Below, in pieces: positions 1 to 13,566 of a stretch of DNA of 64,000 bases. Under the pieces are notes generated by a model that made no database searches, was not told the DNA's origin, and worked only from the letters and a program-made list of their open reading frames with translations. The translations under genes were made by a program, and so were the position numbers. The DNA comes from Octopus sinensis (lineage: Eukaryota): NCBI RefSeq assembly GCF_006345805.1, contig NC_043019.1, positions 31,681,360 to 31,745,359 on the forward strand. The letters are read 5' to 3'. Numbering within the stretch: the first letter of the stretch is position 1; the number at the start of each line of letters is the position of its first letter.

Positions 1-34
<34 letters not shown>

Positions 35-400
35 CACTTACACACATATGCACACATGCACACACGTATATATTGTTTACCACAGGCACGGCTGTGTGGT
101 TAAGAAGTTTGCTTCTCAATAACAGGGTTCCAGGTTCCCACCCTCTGTGTAGCACCTTGGCCGAGCTTTTTCTTACTGTAGTCCTGGACCAACAAAAGAC
201 TAGTAAGTGGATTTGGTTGATGGAAACTAAAAGAAGCCCATAGTACGTGCATGTGTGTGTGTGTGTGTGTATGAGGGGGAAGACAGAAAGAAAGATTTGA
301 TTGTACTTAGGTTACAATTAATTTAATGTATTTTTAGTGATTCTAACCATTGGACCATTTTCTCCATTCCATTTTGTCTTATTCTTCATTTCTTCATCAG

Positions 401-441
401 GTTCCACCGAAAAATGACCACGATGACGATGATATCGAATC
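401..441 (+). CDS. OTOF: Otoferlin exon (VPPKNDHDDDDIES), FerI end
   Basis: tcttcatcag|GTT...GAATC|gtaagc; 41 nt ending in phase 2; TC+G joins to NLLLPEG as in ferlin DDIEx-NLLLP. Not in the ORF track. Confidence 0.9.
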
Positions 442-734
442 GTAAGCAAATTTTATAATCATTATTCTTCTTACTTTCCATTTTCCATTTTCTTAGAGAA
501 CCGAAAGTATATTTCTTTCAATGTATTTTTTCTTTTTGTTATGCTTTTCTTTTCTTTCACTTTATTTTAGCCATGGCTGTGTGGTTTGGGAGGTAAGCCT
601 CTCAACCATTTGGTCTTAGGTTCAGTCTCACTGTGCAGTACCTTAGGCAAGTGTCTTCCACCAAACCCCCAGGTCAACCAGAATCTTCCATGTATATCTG
701 TTTGAAAGAAACTGGATGTGAAGCCTATCACATC

Positions 735-765
<31 letters not shown>

Positions 766-1774
766 GTGTCTGCTGTCTATGTGCATAGATATGTGTGGGC
801 ACATCTCTTTGTGTTTGCGTTTGTCCCCCACTACCACTTGACAAACAGTGTTGGTTTGTTTATATCCTTATAACTTAGCAGTTCAGCAAAAGAGACCAAA
901 TGAATTGTGTTGGTTCATTCAACTAAACTCTTCAAGGTGGTACTCCAACATGGCCACAGTCCGATGACTGAAACAAGTAAATGGTAAAAGATAAGAGATA
1001 AAAAAATATATTAATCTTTTTGTTCACTTAGGACTTTTTATGTTAATTCCTATTACTGAATTGTTTGAGGTGAACATACTTCACTCTTGGCAGGTTGAGG
1101 TATTCCCAATCTTGCTTACATTTTAAATAACTTTCCATTGTTACCATTTGACATATTGACAGAAGAAAATAATTGAAGGCTAAAATCTGTATGATCAATG
1201 CACAAGCCTAATTTCACTCTTTTAACTATTGACAACCAAATCTCCATAGCTCTAAGTAGATCGGCATTACTGTTGTTTAACACCAGGTCAATTTTTTTCA
1301 AGTGGCAAGTGTATGATCAAAGGTTTTTCCAGCTGACCTTTGATCGAAGCTTCTCCAATTGAACTGCAATCAAAAGTGATCCCATATGTTTTTTTATACT
1401 AGGGACTATGTTCTTCCTCTGAGAAATGATACCTGCCAATTTGATATCCAACTAAGTGAACGATTTCTTTCCCATCTGTTGAGGATCCTCAATCTATTGG
1501 ACAAAAAATATGAAGTTTGTTTATTTTTGTCAAATTTTGAGGAAATGATATCATTGATCACATTTCACTGGTTTGCTGCATTTCTGGTGGTAAGAGTGCC
1601 AAGGGAGTGTCATTAACTTGTCACAGAACATATCCTATGAACTAAGTGAAAGTCCTGTTGTTGTTGTTGTTGTTAATTCTGCCCACTATGCTATTTGAGT
1701 ATTCCAAAAAGACATGGTGGCGGGGTCCAAAAAAATTAAAAGATAATTTTTTTTCTTTTTTTTTAACAAAGTAA

Positions 1775-2050
<276 letters not shown>

Positions 2051-2399
2051 TAGCACTTCTTCCATTCTAGGTCTCCATCCTATAAATTATTTACTACAGA
2101 ACATAAAAAGATATTTCCTCTCTTACTCAACCCTATTCTGTGTCAAGGACAAATTGTAGCTTATGGGACTTTCTGAATGGTGCGTCTAAAGAAAGACTGT
2201 CCTAAACTGGAAGCATCCAAAGAATTCTGGTGGAACCCACCTCATCATGATGTAAGAAGAGAAAAACATCCTCATACTTACATCAACAACTTGATTGTGG
2301 ATACTGGCCTGGAATGTATCCAGGACCTTGAGGCAGTGATGATGGACCAAGAAGTGTGGCAGATGGACTTTGTTGCTGTGGCACAGGAAGAAACTTGAT

Positions 2400-2400
2400 C

Positions 2401-2451
<51 letters not shown>

Positions 2452-2483
2452 GTAATAGTAATAATAATAATAATATTAATAAT

Positions 2484-2521
<38 letters not shown>
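2400..2521. repeat. (AAT)n microsatellite, representative of dozens of (AAT)n/(TA)n/(CA)n/(AGT)n/(CTAT)n/(TATG)n tracts
   Basis: Other examples: 6535-6975, 12762-12978, 26805-26990, 31980-32085, 32455-32720, 33575-33790, 58600-58860, 59830-60210, 60555-60750, 62845-63175. Confidence 0.97.
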
Positions 2522-2523
<2 letters not shown>

Positions 2524-3020
2524 TGGCCTTCCTGGTGATAAGCTATGTTTCATGTAGCCCTCTTCTTAAAAAACATGTTGCCCATGCCTGTTCTATATCC
2601 TATAAATTTAAGTGTGAAATATCAGATATTGCCTTTTCCATCTTTCCTCCATTGTTATTCTGTATCCTATTTCATCTTTTTGTTTCAACATTTCTGTGAA
2701 ACACGCTGTGTTTGTTTCAAGAAATTTAATAAAGAGTTTATTTCATTGCTGAATGTTATGTGTATTATACACAGCATTGCAGTAATATCACTCAGCAATG
2801 GCTATGCCTGTGCCTCTTCAGGTGAATAGACTCAAAAGTGTGCACACACACACACACACACACACGCACACACACACAGACTCGCGCTATGATACAAATA
2901 TCTATACGTGTGTCTGTGTGTGCATGTCTATCTGGCTATCAATCTATTCATTCAGGTGAAGAGTGTATGAAGGGGTAGATGAGAAGTCTGACACACATCT
3001 TTATTTCCATATAGTAACTA

Positions 3021-3589
3021 TTGGGTTGTCCGGAAAGTTTGTGCCGATTTATATAGTAGCTTACCTTTCAACTTATTTTAGAACATGGTTGAGTCCATAA
3101 AATAAGATTTGACTACACCTCCATTTACAGCACAGTTTAAGATATCTTTTCGTGAAAGAAGATTTATGTTCCTATTACCTGTGTTAATTCTGTAACCCTT
3201 TAAAATGGAAGATAAGAAAGTTCCTTTTCGGCACTTGATGCTTTGGGAACCAGACAAAACTTGCTGCAGCTCGGCTGGGATGTGTTATCCCACCTTCCAT
3301 ATTCACCAGATATTCCTCCTTCGGATTTCCACTTATTCAGGTCTCTGCAGAATAGTCTTAATGGTAAATATTTCAATTCCTTGGATGACGTAAAAAGATA
3401 CCTTGATGAATTCTTTGCCATGAAACCACCTCAATTCTGGGAACAGGGTATTTTCAAGTTAAAGGAAAGATGGAGATGCATTGTGCAACAAAATGGTTCA
3501 TATTTGGTTGATTAAAAAATGTAATGGCAAGTATTTATTGACCTTTTTCTTTCCTTTAAAAATCGGCACAAACTTTCCGGACAACCCAA
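3021..3589 (+). mobile_element. Internally deleted mariner (Tc1/mariner) element
   Basis: Perfect 30-bp TIRs TTGGGTTGTCCGGAAAGTTTGTGCCGATTT (3021-3050 / 3560-3589), TA on both sides; N-terminal MEDKKVPFRHLML fused to C-terminal LGWDVLSHLPYSPDIPPSDFHLFRSLQ (YSPDL-type motif). Confidence 0.95.
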
Positions 3590-3675
3590 TACTAATAAAC
3601 GATGTGCCATGAAGTTTTGAACTGCCTGCCATCAAGTGTATCAACTGTTTGACTTTTGAATGTAATATTTGTTGA

Positions 3676-3876
<201 letters not shown>

Positions 3877-4542
3877 TAACATGTTTCTCACAAGTACACA
3901 GGTGTAAATTCCGCTGACATAATTCAGTTAACAGAATATTTTTGGTGAATATATATTTGTACTATTTCACAATAAATTCTCTTTCCAATTAGCTTCAGGT
4001 GTCTCATTAGGAACAGTAAATATTTACAGAATTCTATAACCATTTGTCATAAGGTGTTTCATTAGGAACGGCTGTTACTTATTGAGATGCTGTAAGATTA
4101 TTAACCCCATCTATGCAGTGTATATAGTTGCACTGTTTTGATCAATTCTGTTACGCATGGATTAACGAAGAATCTTGTCTCTTACTATATAGAAACATTT
4201 TTCACAGCACCAGTAAACAAAATAAGAAAAGCATTGCCTTGGAGGGTAGCGAGGGAGATGCGCTGGAACAGCCATTCTGACTTGAGGGGCTTGCACTTGC
4301 AGACAGCAATCTCCATCCTGATAGCAGTGAGCAGGGATAAGGTCCTGGTGCTAAGAACACCAGAGGTCTCAACAGCCACAGGTTCAACCATAATTATCAT
4401 TGGGTGTCCCATTCTCAAATATTTGATTTGCTTTAGTCTGGTGTTCAACAATTCTTTTGATATAAAAATATTTTGAGACTTCTTAACTTCAGGATTTACT
4501 GCGAATAGGGAACAAGCATATTCACGCATTCAGTCAAAGAGA

Positions 4543-4765
4543 CAAAATAGTGACACTAAATAGTGGCACCAAAATAGTGGAACCAAAATAGTGGCACCAA
4601 AATAGGGGTACCAAAATAGTGGAACCAAAATAGTGGCACCAAAATAGGGGTACCAAAATAGTGGAACCAAAATTGTGGTACCAAAGTAGTGGCACCAAAA
4701 TAGTGACACCAAAGTAGTGGCACCAAAATAGTGGTTCAAAATAGTGGCACAGAAATAGTGGCGCC
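4543..4765. repeat. 14-bp minisatellite AAAATAGTGGCACC, about 16 units
   Basis: Direct reading; includes a 42-bp higher-order block repeated twice. Confidence 0.95.
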
Positions 4766-5841
4766 AACGAAATGGTCAGATAATACCCATCTTACAATTC
4801 TTTCCTGTGATATTTTAACCACATATCCTTCATACTGAAGTTGTGATCTCTCAATGCAGAGAAATAATGGCTCAGCCTGAAGAGACTCCTTGATCCCCAA
4901 GCTATGCACCCTGTTACAAAAATATATTTGCTGAGCCAAATTACATTGAAGCAAGACTGTATTCTTATTATTCCTTACATCTTTTACCTCCTGTATATTA
5001 ATTGCTGACTGGGACACTGTATTTTGTTATGCTACCATAATATACTACCGAATATATCAAAGGCTTATAAGTCAATGCCATGTCCTATCTGTGTTAGTAG
5101 TGTGATTCAATCACTTTTTAAATTTATCTCTACAGGTTTTCTGCAGAAAGTCGAGCCTGCACTGATAGATATGATGTTTCATGTATGACCACATCTATGT
5201 AAACAATGCTATCGGAGATAAAAAAAATATATAGGTAATAGGTGTATATTCATATTTCAGGGGTTATTGCTCCTTCATCAGCACCACAACCACCTCATTA
5301 ACCATCTATGAACATATTACTTAAATATGTAAAATTAGTATACCCAATTGTGTTACATTGCTAAATTTAGTGATGTGCTCATGGATTGTTAATGGGTTGG
5401 ATGTGGCACTGAAAAAACAGCAACAACTCTTGAAATATGTATATACGCCATTACTTATTTTTTCTATCTTCGATTGAGTGTGGTCAATGCTAGTGCTGCC
5501 TGACTGGCTCCCATGCCAGTGACACATAAAAGGCATCATTCAAGTTGGTCAGTGCCAGTGCCACCTGACTAGCCCCCATGCCAGTGACATGTAAAAAGCA
5601 CTCACTACACTCTCAAAGTGGTTGCCAGATCAGATTGGAGCCTGGTGCAGCCTCCTGGCTTACCAGTCCTCAGTCAAACCGTCCAACCCATGCCAACATG
5701 GAAAGCAGATGTTAAACGATGATGATGATTGCATTGTTTACATAGACATATTCATATAAGAAATGTAACTTTTAATGCCGGCTCTAATTTCTACAGAAAA
5801 CCTACAGAGGCAACTTCAGTGTATTATATCAGGTTCTGTTT

Positions 5842-6227
5842 GGAGGGGCAATGGCCCAGTGGTTAGGGCAGCGGACTCGCGGTCGTAGGATCGCGGTTTC
5901 GATTCCCAGACCGGGCGTTGTGAGTGTTTATTGAGCGAAAACACCTAAAAGCTCCACGAGGCTCCGGCAGGGATGGTGGTGATCCCTGCTGTACTCTTTC
6001 ACCACAACTTTCTCTCACTCTTACTTCCTGTTTCTGTTGTACCTGTATTTCAAAGGTCCGGCCTTGTCACTCTCTGTGTCACGCTGAATATCCCCGAGAA
6101 CTACGTTAAGGGTACACGTGTCTCTGGAGTGCTCAGCCACTTACACGTTAATTTCACGAGCAGGCTGTTCCGTTGATCGGATCAACCGGAACCCTCGTCG
6201 TCGTAACCGACAGAGTGCTTCCATCCA
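5842..6227 (+). mobile_element. tRNA-derived SINE (family with head GGAGG.GCAATGGCCCAGTGGTTAGGGCAGCGG)
   Basis: A box TGGCCCAGTGG, B box GTTTCGATTCC, (CCAT)n tail; other copies at 7267-7579 (-) and 25616-25910 (+). Confidence 0.85.
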
Positions 6228-6271
6228 TATCAGGTTTTGTTTATTCATTCCATAATTTTCTCTGTTTCTAG

Positions 6272-6483
6272 GATTTTTGCCAACATTTGGTCCCTCATGG
6301 ATCAATTTATATGGTTCAACGAGATACTACAGCATTCTAAGTGAACATACATATCTGAATAATGGTCTTGGAGAAGGTGTCTCTTATCGTGGACGCCTGT
6401 TGGTAGCTGTGACGGCAGAAATTGTTGACAACATGGATACGATTACCCTAGTGGAACTCGAAACATGTAATCCTTTGCCAGAG
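6272..6483 (+). CDS. OTOF: Otoferlin exon (GFLPTFGPSWINLYGS...CNPLPE)
   Basis: tttctag|GA TTT...GAG|gtaagc; 212 nt. Confidence 0.97.
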
Positions 6484-6981
6484 GTAAGCACTGCAATTGA
6501 TGCACATGTGTAATTTATGGATGGTATTTTGTGCAAGTGTGTCTGTGTGTGTGTGTTTGTGTTTGTGAGCATGTCTGTAGGTGTGTGTGCAAGTGTATGC
6601 ATGAGAGTGTATGTGTGTTTGTGAGAAAGTGTATGTTAGTGAATGCGTGTGTGTGTAATTTGTATGTGTGCATAAGTGTGTGTATGTGCATTTGTGAGTG
6701 TGTCTGTAGGAGTGTATGTGCAAGTGTATGTATGTGTGCTTGTGAGTGTGTGCAGGCATGTGTGTTTATGAATGTATGCATAATTTGTGTGTATATATGT
6801 GTGGGGGGGGTTGAGAGAGTGTGTTTGTGAATGTACGTGTGTGTGTTTGTGTGTCTGTAGATGTCTGTGCAAGTGTATGTGTGTTTGTAAGTGTGTGTGT
6901 GTATGTTTATGGATGTGTGTGTTTGTGAATGTGTGTGTTTGTGAATGTGTGTGTGTGTGTGTGAGCGTGTGTGTATCTATA

Positions 6982-7202
6982 CAGGGTGTTCATAATTTAT
7001 CTTTACAACTTCCACAATTTATTGTATTGTAACATTGAGATGTGTTGCATGCAACCAATGGAGCCTGCATGGAAGTGTTATGATATTTCTAATAAAACTG
7101 TATTTGTTTGCCCATATTTTCCAATAAGCTCTGATGAGTTATCCTTTATTTTTCATTTTTCCCGAATTGCTCAAATTGTAAAGGTAATTTATGGACACCC
7201 TC
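6982..7202. mobile_element. Tc1/mariner-type MITE
   Basis: 27-bp imperfect TIRs CAGGGTGTTCATAATTTATCTTTACAA / TTGTAAAGGTAATTTATGGACACCCTC, TA flanks. Confidence 0.75.
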
Positions 7203-7266
7203 TATATTATTCCTAAATGAACTGGAGGCTAAAATTCTCAACAACTGCAATTATAGCAATCTAATG

Positions 7267-7579
7267 ACACTCCATCAGTTGCGACGATGAGGGTTCCAGT
7301 TGATCTAATCAATAGAACAGCCTACTCGTGAAATTAACATGCAAGTGGCTGAGCACACCACAGACACATGTGCCCTTGATAAAGTTCTCGGAGAGACTCA
7401 GCATGATACAGAGTGTGACAAGGCTGGCCCTTTGAAATACAGGTACAATAGAAACAAGAAGAAAGAGTGAGAGAAAGTTGTGGTGAAAGAGTACAGCAGG
7501 GTTTACCATCATCCCCTGCTGGAACCTCGTAGTGCTTTAGGAGTTTTCAGTCAATAAATACTCACAATGCCCAGTCTGG
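7267..7579 (-). mobile_element. Same SINE family, head truncated, inverted relative to 5842-6227
   Basis: Reverse complement of 5910-6220. Confidence 0.85.
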
Positions 7580-8362
7580 CGAGCTGGCAGAATCATTAGC
7601 ACTCCAGGTGAAAAACTTAGTAGTATTTTGTATGCCATTACATTCTTAGTTCGAATTCCGCCAAAGCTGACTTTGTCTTTCATCGTTTCGAGGTTGATTA
7701 AATAAGTACCAGTTACACACTGGGGTCGAAATAATCGACTTCATCCCTTTGTCTGTCCTTGTTTGTCCCCTCTATGTTTATCCCTCAGTGGGCAATAAAG
7801 AAATAAAATGCCAGTTGAACATTGGAGCCAATGTAATCTACCCAGCCCTTCCCCTGCGCCAAAATTTGAAATCAACTTTTCTGTTAAGGTGATGAGATGG
7901 AAGAATCGTTAATGTGCCAGGCAAAATGCTTAGCAGCATATTGTCCATCTTTATGTTCTTATTTTTTATTGCCCACAAGGGGCTAAACATAGAGGGGACA
8001 AACAAGGACAGACAAAGGGATTAAGTCGATTTCATCAACCCCAGTGCATAACTGGTACTTATTTAATTGACTCCGAAAGGATGAAAAGCAAAGTCAAACT
8101 TGGCAGAATTTGAACTCAGAATGTAGCGGCAGACAAAATACCATTAAACAATTTTGCTCGGCGTGCTAACCATTCTGCCAGCTCACCGCCTTATGTCCAT
8201 CTTTATTTTCTGACTTCAAATTTCATAGAGGCCAACTTCACCTTTCGTCTCTTCAGGGTTGATAGAATAAATACCAGTGAGACAATGGAATCGATGTTAT
8301 CACCTTACTCTCCTCCCCTGATATTGCTAACCTTTAGTCTAAGATTTGGAATCAATATATAA

Positions 8363-8593
<231 letters not shown>

Positions 8594-8679
8594 TGAGAAT
8601 AAAATGAAGATTTCTTATAAAGTTCCAATAAGGTTGGAAGATTAAAGTAATTCCTCAAATACAACTTGTTCAGATTTAA

Positions 8680-8898
8680 CCCTTTAGTATTTAAACCGGC
8701 CATATCCGGCCAAAATAGCTAATCTGTTTTATGTTCAAACTGACCAGATCCAGGCTCTCACACCTACCCTACAATGTTATTCTACATTAAGTAATTACAC
8801 CATCAAGATCTTGAAGATATGAGATAATGCATGATTAATTCAAATCAATGGGAATCAATAAGCATTATGTTTGATAGAATAATCTGAACACTAAAGGG
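8680..8898. mobile_element. piggyBac-type MITE (family 1)
   Basis: TTAA|CCCTTTAG...CTAAAGGG|TTAA; related ends near 45058 and 45659. Confidence 0.85.
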
Positions 8899-10302
8899 TT
8901 AAGTATTCTTTCTTAATATATTTTCCTTTATTCTTTTACTTGTTTCAGTCATTTGACTGCAGCCATGCTGGAGCACCACTAGAATGGTTTTAGTCAAACA
9001 AGTCGAACCCAGGACTTATATTTTTGAGCCTAGTACTTATTTTATCAGTCTCTTTTGCCAAATTGCTAAGTTACAAGCATCTGAACACACCAATACCAGT
9101 TGTCAAGTGGTAATGGTGGGCAAACACAAAAACATAGACACACACACATAAATATATACAGATATATACATACATAAATAAATATATATATATATATGAA
9201 TGCCGATGTCAGTGCCGCCACAACTGGCTTCTGTGCTGGTGGCACGTAAAATGCACCAATCCGATCATGGCCGTTGCCAGCCTCGCCTGGCACCTGTGCA
9301 GGTGGCACGTAAAAAGCACCCACTACACTCACGGAGTGGTTGGCGTTAGGAAGGGCATCTAGCTGTAGAAACACTGCCAGATCAGACTGGAGCCTGGTGC
9401 AGCCTTCTGGCTTCCCAGATCCCCGGTCAAACCGTCCAACCCATGCTAGCATGGAGAACGGATGTTAAACGATGATGATGATGATGATGGGCTTCTTTCA
9501 GTTTCCATTTACCAAATCCACCTGCAAGGCTTTAGTTGGCCTGAGGCTATAGTAGCAGACACTTGCCCATGGTGCCATGTAGATCCATATGGTTGGGAAG
9601 CAAGCTTCTGACCATACAGCCACGCCTGCACCTATTTATCATCTTTTTTTTAACTATGTTGTGCTTGAGAAGAAGACCCATCAAGCCAAGCAGAATCACA
9701 GTTGTGGCAGATACTGGTGTCACACAAATTTGCACCCGTGCCAGTGACACATAAATGCACCCTGTTGTCATGCAAATGGCATCCATGCCGGTGACACATA
9801 AAAGCACCCATTACACTCTCAGACTGGTTGGCATTAGGAAGGGCATCCAGCCATAGAAACCTTGCCAAATCACACCGGAGTCTGGTGCAGCCTTCCAGCT
9901 TGCCAGCTCTGGTCAAACCGTCCAACCCATGCCAGCATGGACAATGGACGTTAAATGATGATGATAATGAGGATGGTGATGATGATGATGATGATGGGTG
10001 GTAGTGGGCTAAGACAGCTATGGTGACCATCAAGCTGTAGATTTTACAGTGGGTGTGATCTTCTAGTTAAATTGCCTTACAGGATTTCAGAGCCCCACCT
10101 ACCTTGAAGTTACTGGAAGAGTGTCAAAGGTATCTCCGTACCACCCACCTGTCTCAGAGTGCTTGTTAAGGGTTACGGGCACTGCTGTTCCTCTTGACAA
10201 AGGCCCAAAAAGAAAGAAAAAAAAACTGGGGTGTCGGGGCTAAGAAGCATCAAACCCTCAATGACTGTATTCCAAAAATTCTTTATTGATCTTTGATTAC
10301 AG

Positions 10303-10595
10303 GGAATGCTGGAAATGTTTTAGATGGTTACAACCCGCCAACCAATCGAGATGGCGACAGCAGCGAAGAAACAGGGGAGTCTGAAGAAGACAAATCTGTG
10401 GATCAGAACGCTGCAGCTGAAATACCACAATGGCAGAGTACGACTTCACCAATTAAGCCAGTGACCAAAGACAAAATCTACTACATAATGCCTTACTATG
10501 AAGAAAAACCGTGCGTGTACATCAAAGATTTCTTCGAAGACCACAGGCGCAGAATGTATAATAGTAATATACTTCAGAAGATAATTGTTAAATTG
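10303..10595 (+). CDS. OTOF: Otoferlin exon (GNAGNVLDG...KPCVYIKDFFEDHRRRMYNSNILQKIIVKL)
   Basis: ttacag|GG AAT...TTG|gtaata; 293 nt. Confidence 0.95.
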
Positions 10596-10649
10596 GTAAT
10601 ATTTTCTGGTCTGCTTATTTTTTTAACTTAATTGAATGTTCCTGCTCAA

Positions 10650-11065
10650 CCATAAATCACCATTGACATCATCCTCATCATCATCACCAGTACCAATATT
10701 ACAATCAACATCATGATCATTATCATGATCATCATTAACATCATCATTATCATCATCATCATCACCATTGTCATCATAACCATCATTATCATAACCATCA
10801 TTATCATAACCATCATTATCATCACCATCGTCATTAGCATCATCACTATCATTCTATCATCATCATCATTGCTATTGTCATCGACATTGCCACCATCACC
10901 ATCATTCATCATCATAATCATTATTGCCATTGTCATCACCACCATTATCATTTGATCATCATCATCGCCATCGTCATCATCATCATCAGTGTCATCATCA
11001 TCATCATCATCATTACCATCAACATCATCATCAGGATCATCATCACCACCCATCACCACATATTT
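10650..11065. repeat. Degenerate (ATC)n tract directly after exon 10303-10595
   Basis: Direct reading; similar tract at 47325-47560. Confidence 0.9.
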
Positions 11066-11569
11066 TTGCATTTGACTTGCAATATTTTTCTTGATGTGAA
11101 TCCATGAGTTGAAGCATATTTTTGTTCTCTCTCAGTAGGGTCATTACGCAAATAATAAACACACAGACTGTTTTTATTTCACTTCTGTTATATATCTTTA
11201 TATTTGTCAATTTGCTAACATTTAATCAGTTAATTAATCGATTATTTGATTAGCCATTCAGTGAGTTAATTAATCAGCTACATTCATCAAAGTCCTTTTG
11301 GTGCTATTCTTGACCCCTTCAATGACATATCCTCTCTACTTCAGATCTGCTTCAGGTCTGTCTGGAATAAGACCCGGAGCAGAGAGGTCATGTAATTCAT
11401 GAGGTTCTGAGTGGCAATGAAAGGACTTCAACAAACCTTGTTCATTGATTGATTAACACAGCAATTAATGAAACATTCAATTAGTTAATTGGTTAAATAT
11501 TAATGACTTGACTGATAAAAATAAAGAAAGGAAACAGAACCAGTGTGTGTTTATTATTTGCATGACAAA

Positions 11570-12320
11570 GGCAGCGGGCTGGCAGAAACATAAGCATGCT
11601 GGACAAAATGCTTAGCGATATTTCGTCTGTCTTTACGTTCTGAGTTCAAATGCTACCAAGGTTGAGTTTGCTTTACATCCTTTCAGGGTCAATAAATTCA
11701 GTATCAGTCAAATACTGGGATCAATGTAATTGATTTCCCCTTCCCCTCAAAAATTACAGGACCTGTGCTTGAATTTGAAATAATTATAGGTTTAATGATT
11801 CGACTGACATTTCACTCGCTTTTATGTTCTGAGTTCAAATCCTGCCAAGGTCAGCTTTGCCTTTTGTCCTTTTGGGATCGATAGAATAAATACCGATCAG
11901 GTACTAGAGTTGATATTATTGACTTCCCCCTTCCCCTCAAAAATTGCTGGACCTGTGCCAAAATTTGGAACAGTTATTGGTATAATGATCTGACATTTCA
12001 GCCATTGTTTTTGTTCTGAGTTCAAATCCTGCCACGGTCAACTTTGCCTTTTGTCCTTCTGTGGTCAATGAAATAAGTATCAATCAGATACTAGCGTAGT
12101 TGTCATAGACTTACCCCTCCCCTCAAAAATTGTTAGCCCTGTGCCAAAATTTGAAACAACTACATTCTGAGTTCAAATTCTGTCAGGATCAACTTTGCCC
12201 ATCATCCTTTCAGGGTCAATAAAATAAACACCGATCAAATATTGGGGTCATCAACTTCCCCCTCCCCTCAAAATATGAATGACTGGCCCTGCGTCAAAAT
12301 GTGAAACACTTATTGGCATA
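11570..12320 (+). repeat. Tandem array of four SINE-derived units (~190 bp)
   Basis: TTCTGAGTTCAAA anchors near 11639, 11828, 12016 and 12166. Confidence 0.85.
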
Positions 12321-12425
12321 ACAACCCGACTGAGACAATAAAATATAATATTTTTATCCTCATTAATCTTTTTCTAATTGTTTCTTTGTTTCCTTTTTCT
12401 CTTCTTCTCATTCTTCAATATTCAG

Positions 12426-12623
12426 GAGAATGGTATCAACGAAGTACAAGATTTAATTAATCAAGAACTACCGTTCCCAGAGAGACGATTACGAGGTGTA
12501 TTGGAAGAATTAGGTCTTGGCTGCTCCAAATATATGACATTGGTGAAGAGCTCTGGGAGTGGAGGATCGTTTAATAAAACCAAACTGGACAAAGAGAGAT
12601 ATAAACTTTTGGTCAGGGAAATA
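12426..12623 (+). CDS. OTOF: Otoferlin exon (ENGINEVQ...PERRLRGVLEEL...LVREI), FerA region
   Basis: attcag|GAG...ATA|gtaagt; 198 nt. Confidence 0.96.
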
Positions 12624-12779
12624 GTAAGTAAGACCATTACATTTGCAATCAAAGAATGAGACATGTCTTGGAGCCGTGGATTTGGTTGGAATGCCTTTGA
12701 TCACGGGTCCATTCAGTCAAGCTTGACTTGGTGGAAACAGTGGCATATAGGGAGACAATCAATAATAATAATAATGATG

Positions 12780-12825
<46 letters not shown>

Positions 12826-12937
12826 CAATGATAATAATAAAAATAATAATAATGATGATAATACTACTAATAATAATAATGATAATAATATAAATAAAAA
12901 CAACAATGATGATGATGGTGATGGTAGTAGTAGTAGC

Positions 12938-12974
<37 letters not shown>

Positions 12975-13522
12975 ATAACAGTAGCAAGGATGTAAGTGAA
13001 TATATTTAGAATTCATAGTTTTTGTTACCGACTTCTTTGTTTAGTTGTTGCTGTTTCTGTTGTTGTTGTTGTTGTTTTAGCTTGATCAAGCAGACCAGTG
13101 ATCAAAGTCATTCCAGCTGGTTTCGAATGCGATTAATATAAACTCCGACGTAGACAAACATGTGCACGTATGCATACACCTACACGTGCACACACACACA
13201 CATACACATGCACATACACACACAGTGAGCTTTAGTCCAGCTTTCTGTCTACTGAAGCCATTTTTTTTTTTATTCAGTCATAGAATATCTAGGATTATAT
13301 TTTACGAAGTCTCTTCCCCTTTTACAAAATGATAGGGGGAAATTCAAGAGAGCTGACTGGTTTATTTAGTAGCTTAAGAAGCTTGCATCCCAGCCACATG
13401 GTTCCAGGTTCAATCCCACTGCGTAGCACCTTGGGTAAGTGTCTTCTACTATAACCTCAGGCCAACCAAAGCCTTGTGAGTGAATTCGGTAGACGGAAAC
13501 TAAAAGAAGCCTGTCATATATA

Positions 13523-13566
<44 letters not shown>

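Noticed and set aside
4138-4529. Overlapping 112/114-aa ORFs over a slightly GC-richer patch
   Set aside because: No recognisable motifs or usable splice sites; probably decayed repeat.
4543-4765. Regular short repeats resembling a CRISPR array
   Set aside because: Units are contiguous with no unique spacers, and the context is a eukaryotic intron with no cas genes.
5842-5915. tRNA gene at SINE heads (also 25616, 55165-55237, 60289-60360)
   Set aside because: A and B boxes are present, but acceptor and anticodon stems do not close and each continues into a repeat body.
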